DNA of 64,000 nt from NCBI GenBank assembly GCA_029941785.1, contig JAPYTK010000004.1, forward strand, positions 1,450-65,449, in the 5' to 3' direction. Positions 35,455-44,101 of this stretch are shown piece after piece. The stretch comes from Polyangiaceae bacterium. Lineage in GTDB: Bacteria > Myxococcota_A > Polyangia > Polyangiales > Polyangiaceae. The position numbers and the translations under genes were made by a program. The number at the start of each line of letters is the position of its first letter. Position 1 is the stretch's first letter. Below the pieces are notes generated by a model that worked only from the letters and a program-made list of their open reading frames with translations, was not told the origin of the DNA and searched no databases.

Positions 35455-36048
35455 TCAGGCCTGCCCGAGGTCATCCTGGTTCGCGGTGCGAAGCGCGACG
35501 AGTTGCTCGACCTTGTCGATGGGATCTTGCCGCGGCTTGACGATGCGAGCGGTGCGATCGCCTCGCGCGATCTTGTCCTGCAGCAACAGCAGGCCATCGA
35601 TGACACCTTCGGGTCGTGGTGGGCATCCGGGGACATAGACGTCGACGGGAACGACCTTGTCGATACCGGCCAGGGTCGTGTAGTTGTCGTAAAACCCGCC
35701 GCACGATGCACACGTGCCAAAGGCCAAGACGTATTTGGGGTCCGCCATCTGGTCGTATACGCGTTTTAGAATGGGCGCTTGGCGTTGGGTAATCGTGCCC
35801 ACCACCCACAGCAGGTCGCTCTGGCGCGGAGAAAAACGAGGAGCTTCGGCCCCGAAACGCGCCATGTCGAAGCGCGGACTGGCCAAGGCCATGAACTCCA
35901 TCGCGCAACACGCGGTGACGAACGGGTACTGGAAAAGCGAGTACTTCCTCGCCCAATTGAGCAGATCCTCGAAACGGGTCGTCGCGAAGCCCTGCTCGCT
36001 TCCCTCGAAGACCAACGTTCGGGGCGAACTCGTCGGCGGTTGTGTCAT
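35455..36048 (-). CDS. nuoB: NADH-quinone oxidoreductase subunit B
   Basis: ACCAMEF, GTCASCGG and VPGCPPRPE cluster-N2 ligands. The ATG at 36048 overlaps the nuoA stop (ATGA), so the longer track ORF is rejected. Confidence 0.9.
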   Translation of the reverse strand: MTQPPTSSPRTLVFEGSEQGFATTRFEDLLNWARKYSLFQYPFVTACCAMEFMALASPRFDMARFGAEAPRFSPRQSDLLWVVGTITQRQAPILKRVYDQMADPKYVLAFGTCASCGGFYDNYTTLAGIDKVVPVDVYVPGCPPRPEGVIDGLLLLQDKIARGDRTARIVKPRQDPIDKVEQLVALRTANQDDLGQA

Positions 36049-36401
36049 TTCTCCCATTCGAGAGCTCCTTTGCGCCATGCGTAAATGAGCACGATGGCGA
36101 GCAACGCCAAGAACGAGGCCATGGTGAAAAAACCCGTATAACCGAGTTCGCGGAATTGAACGGCCCACGGATAGATCATGACCGCTTCGATGTCGAAGAC
36201 CACGAACAGCAGAGCGGTCAGGTAAAACTTGACGCTCGGCCGGATGTTGCGCGCACCATCGGAGGGATTGCCGCACTCGAAGGGCTCGGCCTTGGCGTCA
36301 TTCGGTACCTTGGGCCCAGCCCATGTCGTCGCGACGAACATGCCGCCAGCGATCAGGGCGGCCACGCCGAAAAGCATGAATAGAGGTAAATAGGTGGCCA
36401 T
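36045..36401 (-). CDS. nuoA: NADH-quinone oxidoreductase subunit A
   Basis: 118-aa three-TM protein with EPFECG and FDIEAV motifs. First gene of the cluster. Confidence 0.9.
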   Translation of the reverse strand: MATYLPLFMLFGVAALIAGGMFVATTWAGPKVPNDAKAEPFECGNPSDGARNIRPSVKFYLTALLFVVFDIEAVMIYPWAVQFRELGYTGFFTMASFLALLAIVLIYAWRKGALEWEK

Positions 36402-36414
36402 AGCCGTGGAGCTG

Positions 36415-36442
36415 ATTTCACATGGGTTTCAGAGGCTGTCAA
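36415..36442 (-). promoter_or_regulatory. Candidate sigma-70-type promoter of the nuo cluster
   Basis: Minus-strand TTGACA-N16-TGAAAT. The -10 element ends 13 nt before the nuoA ATG. Confidence 0.35.
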
Positions 36443-36484
36443 TCGCCGTGAAAACAGGGAGATGAACTGCCTAAACCCAAAAGC

Positions 36485-37623
36485 TCATGTCGTTTCGCCG
36501 ACCAGCTCACGCCACCGCTCGAGGGGCTCTCCGAGCTGCTCCTTCAACTGCTCTTGAAGCCCTTCTATGGCAGAATTCGACAACCCCGCGGCCTCCGCCT
36601 TACGAATCGTTCCAAGCGCGCCGAGATAACGCCCACGGCGCACGAGCGCTTGCGCCAAGGGAACCAGGATCTCTTCCAGTGACACCCCGAGCGCTTCAGC
36701 CCGGCGAAACGGAGCGATCGCTTCGCCGTGGCGCTCGGATTTCATGAACATGTGCCCCAGCCGGGCGAAGATGGGGCCACCGGCGGAGCCGTCCTGCGCG
36801 TATTGAATGGCAAGTCGCAGGACCTCTTCGCCCTGCATGTTGTCGCCAAGGCAGCTACAGGCCGTCCCGAGCAGACCAAGACCCTCGGCGATGCGCTGCC
36901 GCGCGCTGTCTGGAAGCATCTGCCCTTCCGGCGTTCGCCAATAGATCGACAAGGGCATCGGCCAACTGCCCAACAGCTTCGCAACTCCGTTCCAATCCCC
37001 CTCTTCGGCAGCCTTCTCCGCAGCGTCGACGTCGTTGAGATCGATGGCTGAACCGCCGCTCGACACCATCTCCGATGCGCGGTTCAGTTCGTCCTGAACG
37101 TGGTCCCGCATCTGCTTCCGAAAGGCAGAAATCGTGTACCTCGAAACATCGCCGTCGCAGGCGGCCAGGACAAACAGGCCGTCGTCGTCGATGACCAGTT
37201 CATCGAGCCGGTAGTTGAAGAGCGGAGCCAAGAGTAGCGTCTGCGAGCCCACGAGCGACTGCAGGGCATCGAGATCCGTCCCGCTGAGTTGGTCGACATC
37301 CACGCTGACCTCAGGGTCGCTCTCGAGGAGTCGCTCGACGAGGTGCGCGCGAAAGCTCGCGACGGTCATGCGCTCAGGCTCCTCGTCGCTGCCATCGCCC
37401 CCGATCACGAACTCGACCAGCGACTGATCGGGACTGAAGCGATCGATCATGAGCGAGCTGATGCGAGCATCAGCAATCAACGCGAAGGCAAAAAATGGCC
37501 GTCCGAGCACTTCGCACAGGGTGTGAAAACTGCTGATGCTCTCGCCAAAACGCTCGAACCAGCCGTCAGCGCGGATGGGTTCGAGTGAGATGCGGCGGTC
37601 CGAAGGCGTTGACCCGTTGGTCA
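36485..37623 (-). CDS. Hypothetical protein with TPR-like C-terminal region
   Basis: Long ORF with GC-rich third codon positions. The ATG at 37623 is preferred over the TTG at 37657. No family recognised. Confidence 0.5.
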
Positions 37624-37661
37624 TGGGGTCAGCGTTTGTACACCACAATGGCCACAAAGGT

Positions 37662-37701
37662 AAACGCCGAAGCGGTAGTAAGGCAAACGCCGAAGCGGTA
37701 G
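37662..37701. repeat. Exact 17-bp direct repeat (23-bp period) in a divergent promoter region
   Basis: AAACGCCGAAGCGGTAG occurs at 37662-37678 and at 37685-37701. Confidence 0.95.
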
Positions 37702-37740
37702 ACAGTTGCCGCGGGGCCCCGCCTCCGATACCGCTCCACT

Positions 37741-38997
37741 ATGGGAAGTTCGGACGATCGGCCGCCACGGCCTGTCGATTCACGGGGTGAGCGCGCCGTG
37801 GAATTGCCTCATTTTGACTTCCTTGCCGACTTTGCGACCGTGAGCGTGCAGGGCCGGGCGCGCAGCAGAAATCAAGACGTCATCCTCTGCGACCCGGAAA
37901 TATCGCTCTTCGGCGTCGCTGATGGCCTCGGAGGGCACGCTGCCGGCGAAGTTGCGGCTCGAATCGCGGTGGACACGGCCGCCGAGCACCTCGGCTCAGG
38001 GCAGATGGGAGAGACGGTGGGCCGGTTCGCCGCCGATCCCAATATCGAGAACCGACGCGCCGTACTGACCCTGCTCGAAGAGGCGGTACACGAGGCACAT
38101 CGAGCGGTCATCGCAGAGGGGACCGATGACCCCGCGAAACAGGACATGGGGACGACGCTGGATCTCGTTCTTCTCGTCCGCGACCGCGCCTTCGTCGCCC
38201 ATGTGGGAGATTCACGCGTGTATCTGCTGCGCCCGACAGTGACGCTTCAGCTGACCGACGACCACAAGCGTTACGACGGAATGCGCTCGTCGAGCGGGCG
38301 CACGCCACCGAGCAGCTTGGCCGGACCGCTCTCGAACAGCATCGGGCAGCGGAGCCAGCTCCGGGTCGACACGGTCTTCGCTGCCCTCGAAACGGGAGAC
38401 CGACTCATCGTCGGTTCGGACGGGGCCTTCTCCGACATCGAGAACGAAAACACCCTCGCCAAACCGACGGACACCCCCGGAGCCGACAACTGCTGTTCCT
38501 TGCTTCTCGACAACGCGCAAAACGCTGGTGGGCTGGACGATATCTCGCTCGTGGTGATCGACGTGGGCTCCGCGGTTGAGCACGCCGGCGGAAAAGCGAG
38601 CCACGCTGCCGAAGACGCAGCGGTCGCGGGGATGTCGCCGCTCCTTTGTGAGTTGAACGCGGCGCAACAGAAGGCTCTGCTCGCCTCGGCGATCGAGCTG
38701 GACTTGCCGAATGAGCGCACCCTTGCCCGCCGGATCACGGGCGATCGAGTCGCGTACATCATTCTCGAAGGTAGCGTCAAACTGCACAGCGGACGAACGC
38801 TCGGCCCCTCGGGCATGCTCCACGCCGAGTCCCTGGTCGATCTGACCCGCCGCGAGGCCCTCCCGGTCACTGCCGAACCGACGCGCCTACTACGCATTCG
38901 ACTCGACGACTTCGAGGAGGTCTGCGCGCTGGACCGCGACCTCGCAGCAAGGCTCTACGAGCGCCTTGCTCGCCACCTCGCCCGGCTCGCACCCTAG
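37741..38997 (+). CDS. PP2C-family Ser/Thr phosphatase fused to a cyclic-nucleotide-binding-like domain
   Basis: PP2C motifs FGVADGLGGHAAGEVA, GTTLDLVL, GDRLIVGSDG and DDISLVVI. The C-terminal ~120 aa show a cNMP-binding-like pattern. Confidence 0.8.
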   Translation: MGSSDDRPPRPVDSRGERAVELPHFDFLADFATVSVQGRARSRNQDVILCDPEISLFGVADGLGGHAAGEVAARIAVDTAAEHLGSGQMGETVGRFAADPNIENRRAVLTLLEEAVHEAHRAVIAEGTDDPAKQDMGTTLDLVLLVRDRAFVAHVGDSRVYLLRPTVTLQLTDDHKRYDGMRSSSGRTPPSSLAGPLSNSIGQRSQLRVDTVFAALETGDRLIVGSDGAFSDIENENTLAKPTDTPGADNCCSLLLDNAQNAGGLDDISLVVIDVGSAVEHAGGKASHAAEDAAVAGMSPLLCELNAAQQKALLASAIELDLPNERTLARRITGDRVAYIILEGSVKLHSGRTLGPSGMLHAESLVDLTRREALPVTAEPTRLLRIRLDDFEEVCALDRDLAARLYERLARHLARLAP

Positions 38998-39037
38998 ACA
39001 CACACTTGCAAATCGCAGCTGGCGCGGGCAGCCTGCC

Positions 39038-39610
39038 CTACTTCAAGAGCTCGTCAACCTCGTTGGCGATCTCTTCCGCTTCGGTCGGGCTGTAACCAGA
39101 GTGCACGTGCCGAATGTTACCCGATTTGTCGATGACGTAGCTGGTCGGCATCTTCGGCGGCTTGTAGGCCTCGGCCGTCTTGTGCTCCTTGTCCCACACG
39201 ATCGGGAAAGTAACGTTGAGCTCTGTAGCAAACGCCTTGATATCGTCCTGCGAAACGTCTTCGGGATCGTCGACGCTCACGCCGATCACCACAACCGCTC
39301 CTGCATGCTTATCGACGAGTTCCTGATACATCGGAAACGACTTCTTGCAAGGCTCGCAGTAGGTCGCCCAAAAATCGACGATGATCACCTGTCCTGCCGC
39401 GTCCGCAACGGTCGCCGGTCCGTCACCGCCGACATACACGCCTGCAACCTCGGGCGCCTTCTTTCCGCCATCGCCAGCGTTATTTGAAGAATCCCCGCCC
39501 TCAGGGACATTGGCCGGTTTTGCAGGTCCGCAAGCGACCATCAAACCTAGGCTCAAGCCCATCAAACCAAAAACCGCCCTACGCGAAGTCATCGTCATTT
39601 GTCCGTCCAT
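39038..39610 (-). CDS. TlpA-like thiol:disulfide oxidoreductase lipoprotein (thioredoxin fold)
   Basis: Lipobox LGLMVAC, FWATYCEPCKKSFP (CXXC) and VIGVSVDD. The ATG at 39610 is chosen. Confidence 0.75.
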   Translation of the reverse strand: MDGQMTMTSRRAVFGLMGLSLGLMVACGPAKPANVPEGGDSSNNAGDGGKKAPEVAGVYVGGDGPATVADAAGQVIIVDFWATYCEPCKKSFPMYQELVDKHAGAVVVIGVSVDDPEDVSQDDIKAFATELNVTFPIVWDKEHKTAEAYKPPKMPTSYVIDKSGNIRHVHSGYSPTEAEEIANEVDELLK

Positions 39611-39691
39611 TTTCGTGGTTCCACCGAATCTGCCGCTGAGCTTAGTCGCCAAGCGTTCGACTTTGTAGCCCCGTAGCGATAAAAACACGAT

Positions 39692-40306
39692 GTGTCGTTC
39701 ATTGCCCTTCCGTATCGTCCGTCCGGGTTGATCTGCTGGCTCGTGACACCGCTGTTGCTCGGCGTCGCATGCCAACTCGAGAACGAAGTGGACTACGGCC
39801 CGCCCGGCGGCCTGCGAAATCAGGCGAGCCAGGAAGCATGCACGACGCCCACCAAGCCAGCGCAGTGTCCCCACTGGGCGAACGACGTCTTTCCCCTCTT
39901 CGAATCGAATTGCGCAGCAGCGACAGGGTGCCATGACAGCCAAGACAGCGGGGTACCGCCGCTGATCGTGAACGGTGATCCCTCCGCGAGTTATGGCGCG
40001 CTCGCGAGCTACGCGCCCAACGGTCGCCCGTACATCAAGGACGACGGCAAGAGCGACGAAGCTTACATTCTCTGCAATCTGCAGTACCGCGATGCGGACG
40101 ATAAGACCGTCGGTCCAGACCCATCACTCGACTCAGTGCTGATGCCCAAGGGGGCGGCTCTTTCGCTCGAAGACTGGACAACGATCGCCCATTGGGTCGC
40201 CTGTGGCATGAAGCAACAAGAAGGCACTGGCGGGGGCGGAGGCATGGGGCAAGCGGGCGCTGGTGGCGCTTCTGCGAACGGAAGTGGCGGGGCCGGCGGC
40301 ACGTAG
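39692..40306 (+). CDS. Lipoprotein with Planctomycete-cytochrome-c-like (PSCyt-type) region and Gly-rich tail
   Basis: Lipobox LLLGVAC. VFPLFESNCAAATGCHDS ... LMPKGAALSLEDWTTIAHWVACG resembles the PSCyt1 layout, but the motif is C-X5-CH rather than CXXCH. GTG start. Confidence 0.45.
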   Translation: MSFIALPYRPSGLICWLVTPLLLGVACQLENEVDYGPPGGLRNQASQEACTTPTKPAQCPHWANDVFPLFESNCAAATGCHDSQDSGVPPLIVNGDPSASYGALASYAPNGRPYIKDDGKSDEAYILCNLQYRDADDKTVGPDPSLDSVLMPKGAALSLEDWTTIAHWVACGMKQQEGTGGGGGMGQAGAGGASANGSGGAGGT

Positions 40307-40445
40307 GAATTTGTCCTACATTTACATACTTGGCGCGGTAAACCGTGGATCGAAAAGGATCCTTCAGGATCGGAAGCGATCCATGAACGCGGAAAATAGC
40401 GCCGCTATGTCCGCGTATGCAGGTAAACGCGAAACGATCTCGCGC

Positions 40446-40460
40446 TGGCCCGATTCATGC
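40446..40460 (+). promoter_or_regulatory. Candidate sigma-54 promoter upstream of the DUF4266 operon
   Basis: TGGCCCGATTCATGC: GG and GC at consensus spacing with two mismatches. 23 nt before the ATG at 40483. Confidence 0.3.
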
Positions 40461-40482
40461 TTTATCCTATGGCGTTGTGACG

Positions 40483-40719
40483 ATGACTCAAACAATCAAA
40501 CGCCTTGTGACCTCCCTCGCCTCCATCGGATTCGTCGTGGGGACACTCAGTATCGCAACGGGCTGCACGCCTGTCGCTGCCTACGAGCGAGCCAAGCTCG
40601 CGCACCCCACGATGGCCGCCAACGATTTGGCTGGTCCTGGCGAAGAGCATCTTCGTGCGGTGACGGAGGGAGCGATCGGAGGCAGCATCGGCGCCGGCAG
40701 TGGCTGCGGCTGCAACTAG
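40483..40719 (+). CDS. DUF4266-family small lipoprotein
   Basis: Lipobox SIATGC. AYERAKLAHPTM ... EGAIGGSIGAGSGCGCN* matches the recalled DUF4266 signature, which ends in GCGCN. Confidence 0.7.
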   Translation: MTQTIKRLVTSLASIGFVVGTLSIATGCTPVAAYERAKLAHPTMAANDLAGPGEEHLRAVTEGAIGGSIGAGSGCGCN

Positions 40720-40852
40720 GCAACGAATTTCCGAGAGCGAAATGAGCGGGCAGCTTGGCTGACCCGAATGACGCTCCACTGAACGCAGGTCATCGAACCA
40801 GAGAGAAGTTTCGCCGCTGCCACGGGGAGCGAATATAGTGGTGCGTGGCACC

Positions 40853-43003
40853 ATGACTCCACGTCTACTCCCGCTGTGCGTCTTCGCCCTCACTTCACTC
40901 ATGGCGGTGAGCGGCTGGGCTGACGATGGACCCAACGACGCCAGTGTGCGCGAACTCATTCAGTTCATCTTCAAAGCGGAAGTGTCGGAGGGAAAGCACG
41001 CCGATGCGCTGAGCAAACTGAAGGTCGCCGAGGCGGTATGCGAAGGGGACGCCTGTAGTCCCGAAGCGCGCGCCGATCTTTGGCTCGCGATCGGCCGTGT
41101 GCAGGTGCGGCTCGATCAAAATTACGACGCCGAAAAATCCTTCACTCGAGCCCTTCGAGCCTACCCCGGCGCGACGCTACCCGCAGACGCAAAACAGGGG
41201 TCCAGAGAGACCTTCTTGCGCGTGACGCAGCGTATCCAAAAACGCGAGAAGCAAGGCTGCCGCGGTAGCTACGATGGCGCGCGCCCGCCTCGTGGATGGC
41301 GAAAGGGTGAGGCCTATCATTGTTGGCGAAAGGCGACGCAAGCGAGGGGACGCCAAGCGTGGTCAAAGTGTGCACGAGATGCGCGCGCGTCGTATGACAT
41401 CGAACAGCGCGTGCAAACGCAGGCAGTGCTCGCGAGGTGCCTGGACAAGAGCAAGCGCTGGGGAGAAGCGATCGGGAACTACGACGAGATCGCGCGCAAA
41501 GGGCCGCGGCGGGGCCTCTACAGGCTCAGCCGTCAAACGCGAACCCGGTCCGCGCAGCTTCGGCGGATGATGCCGGCGATCGTGCTCGACGTACCAAAGA
41601 AGGTTCGCGACCTGGTCGTGAAGCTCGATGGTGCCACCCTGCCAAACGAGATCTTGGGCCAAGAGATAGCGCTTGATCCGGGCAGCCATCTCGTCGAAGC
41701 GCGAGGCCTTTCCGCCGACGGCGTGCAGCTGAGCTTCGAGCAAGGTGTCAGCCTTTCCCCACGCCGCACGCTGAACATCCTCATCAGTTTGGCCGCCGGG
41801 CCACCGAAATGGGCCTCTCGCTCGGAACTGCGCTGCTTATCCACAGCCCGAACAGCGGATGCTTTCAGCGCCTGCCTCGGACGACGAATTGCGCGCGCCG
41901 GCGACATCAACACCCGGATCAACTTCGAGGTATCCGGCTACCACGACGACATGAACGTTGACGTACTCACCCCCTCGGTGAGCGCTCGCGTCGAAAATGT
42001 CACGGCGGGCTGGGGGATCGGAGCGGCCTTCCTGGTCGACGTCGTCACCGCCGCCTCAACCGACATCGTGGCCACCGCCTCACCCGGCTTCCGTGAAGTC
42101 CGATGGGCGCCCGCCCTGAACGCTCACAAGCGCTTCGGCGACTTCGACGTCGGGCTGTCAGGCTCTTTCTCGCACGAGCCGGACTACCTCTCCGGCTCGA
42201 TCGGTGCACGCAGCACACTCGACCTTCGCCAGAAGACCATCACGCCGAGTTTGGGCTACCAGTTTTCCTACGATGTGAATGGCCGCGTGGGCACCAATTT
42301 TGAGGTGTTTTCCCACAAGATCAAGCGACATGCGGTCGATGTCGGCGTCGGGCTGGTACTGACCAAAGCGACCTTCGGCCAGCTCGCCGCCACGATGGTG
42401 TTCGAGAAGGGCGATAGCTCAAAGCCTTACCGACATATTCCCATCTTCGATCCCAGCAAGGTGGACCAGCCCCCGGCCGGACTTTCCATAGCCGATGTCA
42501 ACCGAGCACGCGAGCCCCTGCGCCCACTAGAGAAGCTCCCGACCTCACGTCAACGCTACGCCCTCGCCATGTCGATCGCCCATCGTTTCCGCAGCAGTAC
42601 GATTCGGGCCACCGAGCGGATCTACTTCGATAGCTGGGGAGTGAAGGCCAGCACCACGGACGCCCGATACATGATCGACGTCACCAAGCCCCTGCGACTC
42701 TGGCCACACCTCCGCCTCCATGCCCAAAGTGGCGCGAGCTTTTACAAACGAGCCTACCCGATCGCGCAGACGATCGATGGCACTCAAGATCTCATCGACA
42801 CGTACCGTGCGGGTGACCGCGAACTCGGTCCCTTGGTTGCCGTCACCCTTGGCGGTGGTGGGCGCTATGCTTTCGGCGAGCGGCAAAACTGGGGCGTGTT
42901 CCTGACCGGCGACGGCGTCTACACCCGCTTCCAGAATCATCTTTTCGTCACGAACCGCTGGGGGATCTTCGGCGCGCTCGGATTGGAGGTCGACCTCGAA
43001 TGA
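40853..43003 (+). CDS. TPR-like N-terminal domain fused to a DUF3570-type predicted outer-membrane beta-barrel
   Basis: Signal peptide LCVFALTSLMAVSGWA. The C-terminal ~400 aa show alternating beta-strand patterns (EVSGYHDDMNVDVLTPSVSARVENV..., VDVVTAASTDIVATASPG) as recalled for DUF3570. Located next to DUF4266. Confidence 0.6.
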   Translation: MTPRLLPLCVFALTSLMAVSGWADDGPNDASVRELIQFIFKAEVSEGKHADALSKLKVAEAVCEGDACSPEARADLWLAIGRVQVRLDQNYDAEKSFTRALRAYPGATLPADAKQGSRETFLRVTQRIQKREKQGCRGSYDGARPPRGWRKGEAYHCWRKATQARGRQAWSKCARDARASYDIEQRVQTQAVLARCLDKSKRWGEAIGNYDEIARKGPRRGLYRLSRQTRTRSAQLRRMMPAIVLDVPKKVRDLVVKLDGATLPNEILGQEIALDPGSHLVEARGLSADGVQLSFEQGVSLSPRRTLNILISLAAGPPKWASRSELRCLSTARTADAFSACLGRRIARAGDINTRINFEVSGYHDDMNVDVLTPSVSARVENVTAGWGIGAAFLVDVVTAASTDIVATASPGFREVRWAPALNAHKRFGDFDVGLSGSFSHEPDYLSGSIGARSTLDLRQKTITPSLGYQFSYDVNGRVGTNFEVFSHKIKRHAVDVGVGLVLTKATFGQLAATMVFEKGDSSKPYRHIPIFDPSKVDQPPAGLSIADVNRAREPLRPLEKLPTSRQRYALAMSIAHRFRSSTIRATERIYFDSWGVKASTTDARYMIDVTKPLRLWPHLRLHAQSGASFYKRAYPIAQTIDGTQDLIDTYRAGDRELGPLVAVTLGGGGRYAFGERQNWGVFLTGDGVYTRFQNHLFVTNRWGIFGALGLEVDLE

Positions 43004-43557
43004 CAGCCCGACTTTTCCTTCTCGTCCTGATCGCGCTCACGACCTGCAGCTGCGGTAGTCCCCTACGTGCCGACGCCATCGACTCACTCGGTGAGGAACA
43101 AGGCGAATTGCCGAGCGAGTTTCACCGACCGGGTCAGCCCTGCGTGCTGTGCCACTCGGCAGCCGGTGGGGTCGATCCCATCCTGAGCATCGGCGGCACC
43201 CTTTTCTTCGAGTCTACCGACGGTACCGAGGCTAAAGAGGCGCTTTTCCCCGCCGCGGGTTTCGCTGTCGTCGTCATCGACTCCGAAGGCCAGGAGCGTC
43301 AGATGCTGAGCAACGATTGCGGCAACTTCTACGCCCTCGAGAAAGACTTCAAGCCCGTGTACCCGCTGGCAACAGAGATTCGCAACGAATCGGGCGCGGT
43401 CACGAACAAGATGGTGAGCCGCATTGGACGATCGGGGTCGTGCGGTAGCTGCCACCTGGAGCAAAAGAGCCCACAGTCGCCGGGCGTGGTCCGCGTGGCG
43501 GACGCCAAACCGGACGACAAGCCGAATTGTCCCATTCCGAGGTTCTTGAAGCCATGA
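43000..43557 (+). CDS. Lipoprotein with two CXXCH heme-c motifs
   Basis: Lipobox LTTCSC, plus CVLCH and CGSCH. ATGA overlap with the upstream gene. Confidence 0.6.
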   Translation: MTARLFLLVLIALTTCSCGSPLRADAIDSLGEEQGELPSEFHRPGQPCVLCHSAAGGVDPILSIGGTLFFESTDGTEAKEALFPAAGFAVVVIDSEGQERQMLSNDCGNFYALEKDFKPVYPLATEIRNESGAVTNKMVSRIGRSGSCGSCHLEQKSPQSPGVVRVADAKPDDKPNCPIPRFLKP

Positions 43558-44057
43558 AACCACTGCACCTACCCCTCCTCGGTTTCCTTGGCCTCATCGC
43601 CAGCTGCGGCAATTTCGAAGGCTCCACGTTGATCGAGTGCCCGAGTGCGACACAATTCGCTGCTGTGTCACCGGTCTTGGAGAAACGCTGCGGCAGCCTC
43701 GATTGCCATGGCTCGATTGGACGCCCGCTGATCATCCAAGGACAGAACGGTCTTCGCTACATGGACAATCTCACCGGGGCGGGTGGCGGAGACAGCGGGG
43801 TGGCAGCGACGACGGATGCAGAGCGCGACGAGAATCGTCGTTCGGTCTGTGGCCTCGAGCCCGAGCGGACCGGCGAGGTCGTCCGGGGCGCTCTCGAGCC
43901 GCGCGATCTGATGATCCTGCGCAAGCCATTGCTCATCGAGCGGCACAAAGGCGGTCAGCTCCTGCTGAAGGGCGGCGCCGGCGATGCCTGTATCGAGAGC
44001 TGGCTACGGGGCGATGTCGACACAGCCGAATGTGCGCTCGCCATTTCGCTCCCCTAA
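43554..44057 (+). CDS. Lipoprotein with C-X4-CH motif
   Basis: Lipobox GLIASC and VLEKRCGSLDCHGS. ATGA overlap with the upstream gene. Confidence 0.5.
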   Translation: MKPLHLPLLGFLGLIASCGNFEGSTLIECPSATQFAAVSPVLEKRCGSLDCHGSIGRPLIIQGQNGLRYMDNLTGAGGGDSGVAATTDAERDENRRSVCGLEPERTGEVVRGALEPRDLMILRKPLLIERHKGGQLLLKGGAGDACIESWLRGDVDTAECALAISLP

Positions 44058-44101
44058 CCCCACCTCGACGCGGTTACCGCGACAATCCGCGGCGTCGGCC
44101 T

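Noticed and set aside
39692-44057. Treating the C-X5-CH (NCAAATGCH) and C-X4-CH (CGSLDCH) motifs as heme-c attachment sites
   Set aside because: Canonical covalent heme attachment needs CXXCH, or rarely CX3CH/CX4CH in specific families. Only the 43000-43557 product has true CXXCH motifs, so heme binding is not claimed for the other two.
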